From contig OX597817.1 in assembly GCA_951406725.2 (NCBI GenBank), forward strand, positions 95,356,001 to 95,420,000: a DNA stretch of 64,000 bases. The letters run 5' to 3'. The notes under the pieces were generated by a model. The model was not told where the DNA came from, ran no database searches, and worked only from the letters and a program-made list of their open reading frames with translations. Origin of the DNA: Octopus vulgaris (taxonomy: Eukaryota). The translations under genes and the position numbers were made by a program. Below, piece after piece: positions 12,270 through 22,967 of the stretch (the stretch's first letter is position 1; every line of letters begins with the position of its first letter).

Positions 12270-13449
12270 TAATAAAAATAGATACAGTTAAGTTAGCACC
12301 AAGTCCATCCTTTCAAGATCGAAATAACTATGAGTTAAGAAATGCTGACCACTAGGTAAAGAAAATTTAGATTAATTCGATTGGCTATTTGTTTGAAATT
12401 TAAAACACAAAAGGAAATTATACGGTTGGTTATTCAGGGAACGCCAATATTCACACACGCATCTACAGATCAATCGCACATACACACATAGTTATATGTA
12501 TATACATACACTTATACACATACATAAACACAAGCAACAACTAGCACTTAGATAAACAAAAAAGGGAAGCAACTATGCTACCATTTAGTCCTTCAAAATT
12601 ATAACTGTGCCTCAATAACAAAAAAAGAACCATCCATGCATTCCATAAAATATTTAATTTAGATATAAATATATTTTTAAATATCAGTATGTTACTAAGT
12701 CAGATAATTATTTCATGGGTAACTTAAAATTTATAACACCGGTTTGTTGCATAGTAAACATACGGTTGTTAGATTTATCGTAAGTTTGTTATGATTTTAA
12801 GTACGCTAAATTATAAAATATAAAATATAAAATATATATTAATTTAAATATTATAAATAAGTCACATATTAACTTAATAAATATAATGCCATAATATACC
12901 AGTTTAGGCATTAAAAAATAGAAGGGGAAGTACTAATGTAAACGCTTATGAGAACATCACAGAAATTTTAAATAAATTTTATATTATAAAGACTTAAGAT
13001 GAAAAGTGATAAAATGAATAAGAAGGAATAAATACGAAGGAATAAATACGGTTATACACATAATTATAAGTACAAACCTGTATATATGTATTCATATATT
13101 ATTAAAATTAAATAAAAATAAATGATAGATATGTATGTATAAAACTACCCCAGTATAAGTAAATAAGTAAAAAAATAAATAGGTAACAAATTAGATGACT
13201 TGATATGTATAAAAAACTATTAGCCAAATATGTATAATATCGGTACTTATTAATATTAATATATACACTGTTATATATTTTGTTTTATTTTGTTCTGTTT
13301 ACCTTCCTTTTTTGTACAAATGTGTATTATATTATATAAGTGTAGCATTATGATGTATAAGTTTTTATATTTTACATTTTTATATTTTTATATTTATATG
13401 TATATGATTATATAATATTTTTCACTATTATAACAAATTTAATTTAATT

Positions 13450-13557
13450 CTCTGAAGAGGCCGTGGGGCATCCTTGTTAATGCCTCATTTATACCTGCCT
13501 TTATGGCTTATAGGTTAAATGAGGTATGACTGCCCTCACTGCCGAAACAGCTGTCAG
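13450..13557 (+). ncRNA. Type I hammerhead ribozyme motif with extended helix II
   Basis: CT-CTGAAGA-GGC-(79-nt hairpin)-GCC-GAAA-CAGCTG-TC-AG. The core is canonical, helix III is palindromic, and the GUC site predicts cleavage after 13555. Confidence 0.7.
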
Positions 13558-13753
13558 TTTTTGATTTATTTGCATATTATATTTGAAATTTTTTACTTAT
13601 ATCTCTTTATCTTTTTACTATTACTGTATATCTCATTTCATTTTATATATTGCCTTTACTCATATGTAATGGTGTATTAAAGTATGGATTGAGTATCATC
13701 GGATAGTTGATGTTTTACTGATTTAAGTATGTTCCTCCATTCTCTAATTTTGT

Positions 13754-13810
<57 letters not shown>

Positions 13811-13814
<4 letters not shown>

Positions 13815-15000
13815 AATAAAAAGTTTTCAATGGTACAACAATGCACTATAATATAGACAATGGGTTATACACCTGTTGTAATTTAGTCATCCATAGTCTG
13901 ATATGATATTTCGGAATAAAATTCCTTCTTCAGATATTCTTAGATGGAGTCGCTACTATAATCGGTTTTCTAACGACATTTCTTTTTTATTTTTTGGAAT
14001 CGTCTCAGCAGTGGTCTCACGATGTTCCTTCCGGAATTCCTCATGAGAAGTCTGTGAGGTCGGCTATGTCTCAGTCTCGTGTGTGCTTGTACATCCGTAG
14101 TGCTGTTTCTAAGTTACGTATTATACGTGCAACTTCCTTTTTTCTCTTCTCTTTCTTTTTTTTGATTGTTGTTCCTTGTTCGTTTCTTGGCGAGGTGTCC
14201 TCTCAGAGAGGGGCCTGAGTGGGCTAGTTGTATGTGTAGTCCTTCTCTTCTTATGGCTCTTCGGATGCATGTAGTTATCCTCTTGCTAAAAAGGGGTATT
14301 TTAAAGAAGCATGTGTTGCTGGGTTTTCTATGTGTTCGGCGTGTTGGTCGTCTTGGGTACTTCAGCTGATTTACAATGGATCTAGGGTACCCGTTGGTTT
14401 TCAATATATCTAGGAAGCATGTAGTGTGGGTCACCTTGTCCTCCGTTCTGCTGCACTTACCCTGGATGCGTGCAAGTTCATTTCTGGCGTAACCTATTTT
14501 GGCACCGAGTGGAAGTGCTGAATTGTATTGGACAAACATATCTCTACTGGCTGCTTTCCTGTAGAATTCGGTGTGGATCTCCCCTTCTTCCGTTATATTC
14601 AGTTTGAAGTCAAGTAATGAGTGATCCAGTGATATCGGGATGTTCTATAGTGAACTTTATGTTCATGTCCATGTTATTGAACGTTGTGGATATTCTGTCA
14701 GCCTCTTCACGGGAGGATGTCATCTACGTACCTGGTAAAGAAGGCGTACGACTGGCAGATGTTTAGTGCTCGATGTTCCAGATGGTTCATATAAGTGATG
14801 GTTCGTAGGCCCGAGAGACTGGATCCCATGGGGAGACCTGTTGTCTGTTTGTATAGGTGGTCCTGGAAAGAGAGGTGTTGATGAATATCAGCTGCGCTAA
14901 GTTCGAAGCATTGGATGTCGGACGCTTTTATGCAGTCAGTCAATAGGTTGACCGCTGAGTGTGCTGGCACCGTTGTGTACATCGAGATAACGTCAAGACT
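13811..15000 (-). mobile_element. Penelope-like element: RT core and thumb plus 3' pLTR (degenerate)
   Basis: FSLDVISMYT, YKQTTGLPMGSSLSG, RYVDDI, FYRKAASRDMFVQYNSALP and LKTNGYP. Confidence 0.9.
13901..13937 (-). ncRNA. Minimal type I hammerhead ribozyme in the Penelope pLTR
   Basis: The minus strand reads ATAT-CTGAAGA-A-GGAAT ttt ATTCC-GAAA-TA-TC-ATAT, on the same strand as the RT. Confidence 0.8.
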
Positions 15001-15165
15001 AAAGGCATATCTGTTTTGCCTGAGTTGGTCTGGGTACCTTTTTATATATAAACAAATATACATTTTTTGCATTAAATGTGTTTAATATTTTTTGTATATC
15101 GACTTGCCTAAATTGCTTATCCTTACTCTCTCTCTTTCTCCCCCTCTCAATCTCTCTCTCTCTCT

Positions 15166-15203
<38 letters not shown>

Positions 15204-15206
<3 letters not shown>

Positions 15207-15464
15207 GTGAGGTATACTAGCCATCTCAATATGGCTAACCACTAAGGGTGGGCGTTACTGCAGTTTGTAGCCCCAGGAGAACATCGTCTCCAGCTGGCTT
15301 TAGGCACACTTTCTGTGCCCTTATAAACAATAAACAAAATACCATAAGGGCACAGAAAGTGTGCCTAAAGCCAGCTGGAGACGATGTTCTCCTGGGGCTA
15401 CAAACTGCAGTAACGCCCACCCTTAGTGGTTAGCCATATTGAGATGGCTAGTATACCTCACATT
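15204..15464. repeat. Perfect 121-bp inverted repeat with 19-nt loop
   Basis: Arms are 15204-15324 and 15344-15464; the loop is AAACAATAAACAAAATACC. Confidence 0.95.
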
Positions 15465-15510
15465 GTCGTGCAGTTACTGTTTACATCTCGTTCAGAGATT
15501 TATTATTGCC

Positions 15511-15545
<35 letters not shown>

Positions 15546-15666
15546 TATAACACATATAAAAGGTGGAGATGGAAATATATATATATTGGAAAAAAGATTA
15601 AAGAAATAATGGGAAGTATTTTTCAAAACGATAATATGAATAAAATTGTTAAGTGTCCGTTCTTAT

Positions 15667-15950
15667 TTATTGGTTGGTAGTGGTCGGGTCTATATTTAAA
15701 TATGGTTTATACTTGTTAATAAATTGCCTTTCTTTATTTAGTCTTTGTGGTTGGTTGAAAGAACCTGAACATTTGTAGAGGGGAAATATTTTGAAATTTG
15801 GTAAGACCATTCTTGCACAGGCTGCAATGTGAAGTGCATGAGATAGGCCATGTCTCAATCTCGTGTGTGATGGTACATCCGAAGCGCTGCTTCTAAGTTA
15901 TGTATTATACATGAAACTTCCTTTTTCCCTTTTTTCTTTCTTTTTGTTTG
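15667..15950 (-). pseudogene. Penelope GIY-YIG endonuclease C-terminal fragment
   Basis: HIAAC...FKIFPLYKC...RLNKERQFINKYKPYLN. The segment 15850-15950 is homologous to 14070-14165. Confidence 0.65.
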
Positions 15951-16199
15951 TTTATAAACTACAGATGAGCATATTATCAAAAATGAACCTACACGCACCC
16001 AGATATATTTATGTGTGAGCTAATTTATGTGTGATTTTTATCGTTACCTTTATGTAAAACATGCATTTATACGTTTCAAACTTTCTTACGTGCACTCATC
16101 TAGATATACTTCCTAAACTGGTGAAGCCCAACTCTTAATTTACCTCTTGTTACAGGTCCAAAACCTTTCTCAGTGGAGTTGGAAGTGTTTTGGAGGCCA

Positions 16200-16900
16200 A
16201 AGCCTGACGATAGATTATGCAATGAATGCCCCTCACTTTTGAAGCTCATTTTCCCACACTAACTTTAAATCCTGATTTTGTCCCCAACATAGCTGGTCCT
16301 CCACACACATTATCCCACGAAAGATTTTCTGATTCAAGGAAAGATGAGACCTTTTCCAAAATATTAGAGGCCCTGGTAATTCTTTCAAGAGAAGAGCTAA
16401 AAAGAAACTTCTCCTTAGATGAATTTGAGTGCACATACCTTGCAAGCACCATCAATTGAGGACATGATGCCATGTCAGTCGATTCATCAATCTGTATTGA
16501 AAATATCCCAAACGCTGCAGGCTTAATGTCGTGCACAACTTAGTCCTTGATGTCCATGGCCATATCGCTGATCCTCTATTGAACCGTACTGTTTTATAGT
16601 GAAACCGCTGTAATTTTTTCTCTAATTCATTTCCCAACACAATTTCCACCCTTTTGCAACTGCAAGGTTTGATCAAAGTTTCCCCGATTGTATGTGTTTT
16701 CTTCTGCTTTGCTATCTCCAGTGTAACGATATAGGAAGCTTCAGCAACCTTTTGGCTTGCTTCATGGAATGCCCATGATGTTTAAAAACGGTTTTGTCCT
16801 TGTCCTTGTGTTGAAGATGAACATTCAGCACATGTTGCTTCAATTTTGTCGGTTTCATAGAATCATTTGACAAACCTTTGAGGTCTCTCTTCTGAATATA
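16200..16900 (-). pseudogene. hAT (Charlie/Buster-type) transposase remnant
   Basis: FSIQIDESTDMASCPQLMVLARYV..EKFLFSSSLE..GPAMLGTKSGF and HTIGETLIKP. Confidence 0.85.
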
Positions 16901-17423
16901 TATACTGAATATATGAATGATCGTGTTTTCTTTTTTTGATACTCATGATGAGCTTTAGATTCTGTAAATTAAAAAAGAAAATGTCAAAGACAAGTATAAA
17001 AAAGAGTGTTTTCACAGATAAAAAGTGTAATATTTATCTACATTTTATTTATTCTGCAACAAGGTTAGCAAGAAAGAAGGTGATCGTGCTTTTTAGCGTC
17101 TCAAATTCACATATGTAAAGGCAAAATTAAATAGCGTCCCAAATTAGAGAAAGGTACATTTCCCATTTGATTGCAGGTCCAATGCTATCCAGTGATTTTT
17201 TTAAGAGTGAGGTCACGGGTGTGCCACTGCTTCCCACGGGTACAATAATGGTTATATGCATCGAGTGAAAACAAGGTATTGACTCTCTTTGAACATACAT
17301 TACTGAATAGGAAACCAATTTTCAGTACCATAAAGACTAGATATCGCCCGGGTCAGAAAAAAATTATGAAAACTCATAAATTCTTACTGATATCTTACAC
17401 ACACCAAAACAAAGGCGCGTGTA

Positions 17424-17700
17424 TCTCTCTATATATAAAACTGAGAATGTGTGTCTGTCTGTGAGTTTCCCTAAAACTTGAGAACTACACAACCAATTTC
17501 ATTCAAATTTTACACATGCCTTACTTATGGTCCACGTAGTTTCATGGGCAAAAAAAAAATGTTCAACTTCTTGCCTAGGGCGAGCCCATAGCAATATCAT
17601 ATCTTCTCCACTATTTCAGTATTACGTGTTAAAAGTGAAACAAAAACATTTCTCTATTTTATGTCAGATACTTTCACTTTAACAATAAAAATAATAATAA
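17424..17700 (+). mobile_element. Helitron-like 5' end
   Basis: a|TCTCTCTATATATAAAACTGAGAATGTGTGTCTG resembles the start of the element at 630. An inverted copy lies at 46655-46889. Confidence 0.6.
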
Positions 17701-18439
17701 GAATTGAATTATATGTAGTAATAATTAATATCAAACTAAAGTATAATATAATCGTAACATAACAAAAGTAAAAATAGCAATTGGTATAAAATTGCATCAA
17801 TGACTTGAACTTGAATAAGTGGTTTCACATGAATGGGAATAAATTAAAAATAAAATTAGTGTGCAGAAATGGAATAGTCCAGATGGAGCTGTGCACATAT
17901 CATTTACCACGGCTTTTACATTAGATTATCTGCGAATTAGCTAGCATTAAGTATCTGTATGAAGTTTGGCTGTATGTAATGTCTGTTTTCTCGAACTGAG
18001 TACTGCTGTTGGTTTATTTCTTATACATAAAGGACTATAGCTTCAACTGCGTACTGCTTTTTGATTCACCGTAAGGTTTGTTGTTATTATTATTACTGTT
18101 TAACTATTGTTATCATGTTTGTTGGTTCCTCGTAAGGGAAACATTGTTGTGTTACATTTGTTAAATAGCTGTAAACCATAACCCTCCCCCTTTGGGAGAA
18201 GGAGCTTTGGTTATTACTTAAAAATTGAATTGTGTCCCTGTTTAGGGAAATTGATAATATTTTCACCGTTTATACGGAAGCATTTTTGTTAAAATGCCTT
18301 CGATAGTAGAAAGTCCAAAAATGAATTTCGTTGCGGCCGTCGGCGGGCGCGAACTCATTAAAATTATAATGGAAGAAATTCAAACCTATTTCGGATTGAT
18401 CACCGACAAAGACGGTGAATCTAGGATAACACCACCAAA

Positions 18440-18809
18440 CGAAATAAAAAATTAAATTAAAGAAAAGACTATCGTCTATAAAGTATACAATGTGGAGAAA
18501 AAGAAGATGTGAACATCTGGAGGAAAGCACCATCGAAAAGTGTCTTGGTGCAATTATGAAAGATATCTAACCAGAGGCGGTAAATTCGCCACAATAGAAG
18601 CAAGGTTCGAGTCAACGGAGCGTGCAAGGGAATACTCGACTCGAACCTTGCGAAGTGGAAATATTTTATTTTTACCTTTATATCTGGGACGTAGGACGTC
18701 TCGGAAAAAAATTTTAAATGCCCTCCCCACCCCAGAAGTAGAGGTAGGCTGGATTGTAGCCACTCTTCTATACAAGAGGGAGGACAAGATACAATTGATC
18801 GAAATTGCA
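18440..18809 (+). pseudogene. L1-Tx1 ORF1 fragment, cut off by the Merlin terminus
   Basis: YLTRGGKFATIEARF..LFLPLYLGRR..EVEVGWIVATLLY is homologous to the ORF1 proteins at 51304 and 59480. Confidence 0.8.
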
Positions 18810-20200
18810 AGATCTTTTATGTTTGAAGGACGGAATTTTCTACTTAACTAAAAAATTTGAAACTTCGTATACTGGTAGAATGTGTCAAAAGAAAACATTA
18901 ATTTCGATTAGTTTTTTTGAGAAAATTGTATTTTGTAACTTTTACTTAGTCTAATTCTTCGAATTTTTTAACCAATCGTATTCTCTGTTTCGATCTGAAA
19001 TCATTTGCTCCGTCTAAACATACTATCTACAGTGACGTAGACAGCTATTTTGTGACGTAGTTAACGTAAACATCTAAACAGCGTGTGTTTTGTATAAAAT
19101 TATTCGTTTGAAAAGCTTCATATCCTAAACAGTGCGGGTATATATTGCTTGTTGCTGCTGCTTTATAAAATTTTAAACAGCGTGTGTTTTGTATAAAATT
19201 ATTCGTTTGAAAAGCTTCATATCCTAAACAGCGCGGGTATATATTGCTTGTTGCTGCTGCTTCATAAAATTTTAAACAGCATGTGTTTTGTATAAAATTA
19301 TTCGTTTGTAAAACAGCTAAGTTATTCGTTGTTTAAAATAGCTAGTCAAGGTGAATTGTTTGTTACCATTAAATCGGAGGAAGATGCTGCATCTTTCTTG
19401 GCAGCAAAGGGTATTATACCTAGCAGTAAGAAGTGTAAAACAGGACACCAAATGACAAAGAAATTGGTAGCGAATAATGTTTGCTGGCGGTGTAGTCGCA
19501 AAGGCTGCAATCAGAAGTTGTCTGTCCGGAAGGGAACCTGGCTTGAAGGCTGCACGCTCCCTCTGCGGACTGTAGTCCTTTTTTTGTACTCTTGGGTCAA
19601 GGAACTGACTACAAGAACTGGGGATGAGCCACTGTTCAGCTGTGGATTACAACAATTATGTGCGAGAAATATGCGCGCATGACTTGCTAATGAACCCAGT
19701 TGTAATAGGTGGTCCTGGGAAGATTGTCGAGATAGACGAGACAGTCTTCTCTAGGAGGAAGTTTAATCGAGGAAGGGTGTTACCTCAGCAATGGGTATTC
19801 GGTGGAGTGTGTCGTGAGACCAGAGAAGTTTTCCTTTATGCAGTACCTTCTCGGAATCGCGACACACTCGAAGAATGCATCCGTCGCTCGATCCTCCCAG
19901 GTACCACAATATTTAGTGACCTGTGGCGCGCTTATTCACATATTCCAGAGATCGAGGGATACAATTTTCGGCATAGAACGGTGAACCACAGCGTCGAGTT
20001 TGTTAACTCCGTTGACAACACACATACCCAATAAATAGAGAGTACTTGGGCGTGTTTAAAACGGGGTAACAAGCGTCGTTGTGGTACACATCGTTCTATG
20101 ATTGACTCGTATCTCTGCGAATTCATGTGGCGGCGCAGACACGAGAAAAGTGACCTTTGGGAGGAATTGCTGGCAAACATTAGAAATTTCTCAATCATGA
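18810..20200 (+). mobile_element. Merlin (IS1016/ISXO2-like DDE) transposon: left terminus, 98-bp subterminal repeats and disrupted transposase
   Basis: Zn-ribbon WRCSRKGC..SVRKGTW, then VEIDET, QWVFGG, TIFSDLWRAY, HRTVNH, HTQ*IESTW and YLCEFMWRR. There is a frameshift near 19620 and a stop at 20032. Tandem repeats span 19076-19310. Confidence 0.9.
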
Positions 20201-20780
20201 ATATGGACTAGTTTAATTTGAACTGGGTTCATTAGCAGGTCATGTGCGCCTATTCCTTGCACATAAGTGTTATAGGTCACAGCTGCATTGTGGCTCATCC
20301 CCAGTTCTACTAAGGTTGTGGGCAACCACAAGATATTTTTTTTGTCCAGCTTCTTCACATTCTGCTTAACAGTTTGTTTCCGCAGTGATCACTTCAAATA
20401 AGCATGCTCAAAAAATTGTTAATAAAAAATTGTTAATAACAAAAAATTATTGATAAAAACATTTAAAAAGTTTTTACAACATTATGGTGTAAATCATCTT
20501 GTTGCCTCTTTCAGTTTCTTCAGAATCGGTGCTTTCCCCTTTCATTCTTTTAAATATATTTGTGTAGGAATTGCCAATTTCTTCTTCATGCCCTTACTTA
20601 CAATTCTTAGTGCAGGTTTTTTCCCTGCTGCCGGGGTCGATAGATTAAGTACCCGTTGCTTACTGGGCACAATGTAATCGACTGGCCCACTTCCTCCAAA
20701 ATTTCGGAACTTCTCCCTAGACTACCAAAAGAGGAAATTAAAAATTGATTCAATCACTGTTTGTATCTTTCAATGAAACT

Positions 20781-21232
20781 TGCTTTCAAATGTATTACAC
20801 ACCTGTTGCATAATTGCAGCGTCTCCATGAACTCTTCTTGTGCACGTTGCATTTGCATCACAAATTGTAATATCCTGCTTGCATCTGTCTATGTACCCTG
20901 CTTTCAAATGTATTACACACCTGTTGCATAATTGCAGCGTCTCCATGAACTCTTCTTGTGCACGTTGCATTTGCATCACAAATTGTAATATCCTGCTTGC
21001 ATCTGTCTATGTACCCTGCTTTCAAATGTATTACACACCTGTTGCATAATTGCAGCGTCTCCATGAACTCTTCTTGTGCACGTTGCATTTGCATCACAAA
21101 TTGTAATATCCTGCTTGCATCTGTCTATGTACCCTGCTTTCAAATGTATTACACACCTGTTGCATAATTCCAGCATCTCCATGAACTCTTCTTGTGCACG
21201 TTGCATTTGCATCACAAATTGTAATATCCTGC
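20781..21232 (-). repeat. 118-bp tandem repeat (about 3.8 copies) containing a 72-bp exon-like unit
   Basis: Units start at 20781, 20899, 21017 and 21135 and are nearly identical. Confidence 0.95.
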
Positions 21233-21749
21233 ATTAAAATTGATTTACTCTTTATTTGGTTTTGTTTCTCTTTTTGTTTACATTGTGTGCATGCCTTGTT
21301 ATGGTTTATGTTAGGGTTAGAGCTATGGTCTAGAATTGGCATCAGATAGCATACTAAATTGTAAATGGCCACGTTTACTGTATGCTAAACTGGCACTAGA
21401 GATTTAATGAAACAGTTTACCTATCAGGATTTAAGTCATGAAAGGGTGAGTTAGCATTGTCAACACACTTCACATTTCTCTGTTTCTGTGGGCAATGAAA
21501 TATAACACTAGATAAGGAGTGGGTCAATATAGTTGACATTATTTCCTCCTATAAAATTTTTGGCTATGTACTTTTGTTAGAAATTCTTATTTGTATTAAT
21601 ATAAAGTCCGAGCAAGAGAACATCTGCAGGCTTTCCTAAACTGTTAATGTGAATGTAAACGATGTCTTTTTTCAACTTGTATAAATTAATGTCTGATGAG
21701 AATGTGATTCCATGTAGAAGCTGCCATTCTGGAGATAAATGATTGGATA

Positions 21750-22097
21750 AAATATTTAGTAAAAGGTTCTAGCTGTGAGACATGTTAAAGATGATGATGT
21801 GGGCTCAGTTTGATATAGTATACAGCTTACTAATTCACAGGAATAGTAGTGGGTGTTTGGGGTTTTTTCCCCATGTTTTATTTGAACAATTTGGCTGGAT
21901 AAAGGGGGCTGTATCCTTGCCTTTTGCATTCCTTCTGAGACAAATGGCAAGAGCTGTGCCTTCAAAACTGGTAAGATTGACGTAGTTGATCTTGAATAAA
22001 ATGTGTGGATGGCTGCAGAGGAAATAACATGGACAAGGGAATTTCAGAAGGCTGGCAATCTGGTAAGAAAGAATTTAATGCTTAGTTTGCAGGTGAA

Positions 22098-22102
<5 letters not shown>
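21750..22102 (-). pseudogene. Degenerate Gypsy gag-like fragment
   Basis: HVISS..VLKAQLL..SE..QK..GEKTP weakly resembles a Gypsy gag N-terminus. A near-identical inverted copy lies at 35217-35410. Confidence 0.4.
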
Positions 22103-22128
<26 letters not shown>

Positions 22129-22176
22129 CATACATACATACATACATACATACATACATACATACATACATACATA
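22099..22176. repeat. (TACA)n microsatellite
   Basis: Perfect tetranucleotide array. Confidence 0.95.
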
Positions 22177-22193
22177 AATATGTATCACCGCAC

Positions 22194-22967
22194 ATGCGCT
22201 CTCACACTCGTGAAGAAGTCAGTCGAGCGATGCCATCTGAGCAGCTGTCAAAGGACACATCTACAACAAGCATGTCATCGTCACGGCAACAGTCGCATCA
22301 CCATCATCACCACCACCACCACCATCACCGTAATCATGGTCATCACCACAACCAACACCACCACCATCACCAACAGCATCAACAACAGCAGCAGCAACAT
22401 CACCAGCAGCAGCAGCAACAGCAGCAGCCACAACAGCAGCAGCAGCAGCAGCACCATTCATCTTCTGCTAGGGAAAACCCGAATTCAAACACCTCTCATA
22501 GTTCTAATTCGTCAACAAGTGTAAGTACAACATTGTCAACTGCAGCTAATGTAGTGTCCAGTTCTACTTCTGTTGCCACTGCTGCTACTGCTGCTGGAGC
22601 TGCTACAGTAACTGTACCAGTTTACTCATCAAGCATCTCCTCCACCCCAACTATGAATGCATCATTAACTTCACACAACTCTATGTCATCCGTTCCAGCC
22701 ACACCGCTACCAACACCAAGCCCATCATCTCATGCTCACTCCCGTTCAGCTGCACTTCGTTTGCAGCCCCTTGCATTGTCTTCATCCTGGATGTCTTCGA
22801 CCTGGGAATCGTGGGAATCCAATTATGGTTGGTCTCGCGGCTTCCAAGTCCCGCCAAGGTGGAGCTCGAGCTGGGCAAACTCCTCATCAAATCTGTCATG
22901 CGGGGTGAGGCAGAGCAAACAGCAAAACAATCGGTCACAAAACTGCCAGCAGGCTGGTGTCATCTAA
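22194..22967 (+). CDS. Poly-His/poly-Gln/Ser-Thr-Ala-rich ORF; probable exon or fragment of a transcription-factor-like gene
   Basis: 257 open codons with mixed CAC/CAT and CAA/CAG codons. It starts within HMRSHT, which resembles the end of a C2H2 finger. The antisense frame has stops. Confidence 0.5.
   Translation: MRSHTREEVSRAMPSEQLSKDTSTTSMSSSRQQSHHHHHHHHHHHRNHGHHHNQHHHHHQQHQQQQQQHHQQQQQQQQPQQQQQQQHHSSSARENPNSNTSHSSNSSTSVSTTLSTAANVVSSSTSVATAATAAGAATVTVPVYSSSISSTPTMNASLTSHNSMSSVPATPLPTPSPSSHAHSRSAALRLQPLALSSSWMSSTWESWESNYGWSRGFQVPPRWSSSWANSSSNLSCGVRQSKQQNNRSQNCQQAGVI

Larger units (their letters stand above)
11363..13757 (-). mobile_element. Non-coding fold-back Penelope-type element with about 547-bp inverted repeats
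   Basis: 11541-12087 and 13211-13757 are near-perfect reverse complements. The spacer is AT-rich and has no ORF. (TA)n lies at both ends and each arm carries a hammerhead. Confidence 0.8.

Noticed and set aside
15235-15433. Mirror-image 61-aa ORFs on both strands
   Set aside because: They are a by-product of the perfect inverted repeat, start at non-ATG codons and resemble no known protein.
19329-20200. Bacterial IS1595 or contamination
   Set aside because: It is embedded among eukaryotic repeats and decayed. Merlin is the eukaryotic branch of this family.
20781-21232. CRISPR-like array
   Set aside because: The units are contiguous near-identical tandem repeats with no unique spacers, there are no cas genes, and the context is eukaryotic.
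22826-22964. Minus-strand exon MTPACWQF..HDRFDEEFAQLELHL
   Set aside because: It has an acceptor-like TTTAG but no recognisable homology, and it overlaps the better-supported plus-strand ORF.
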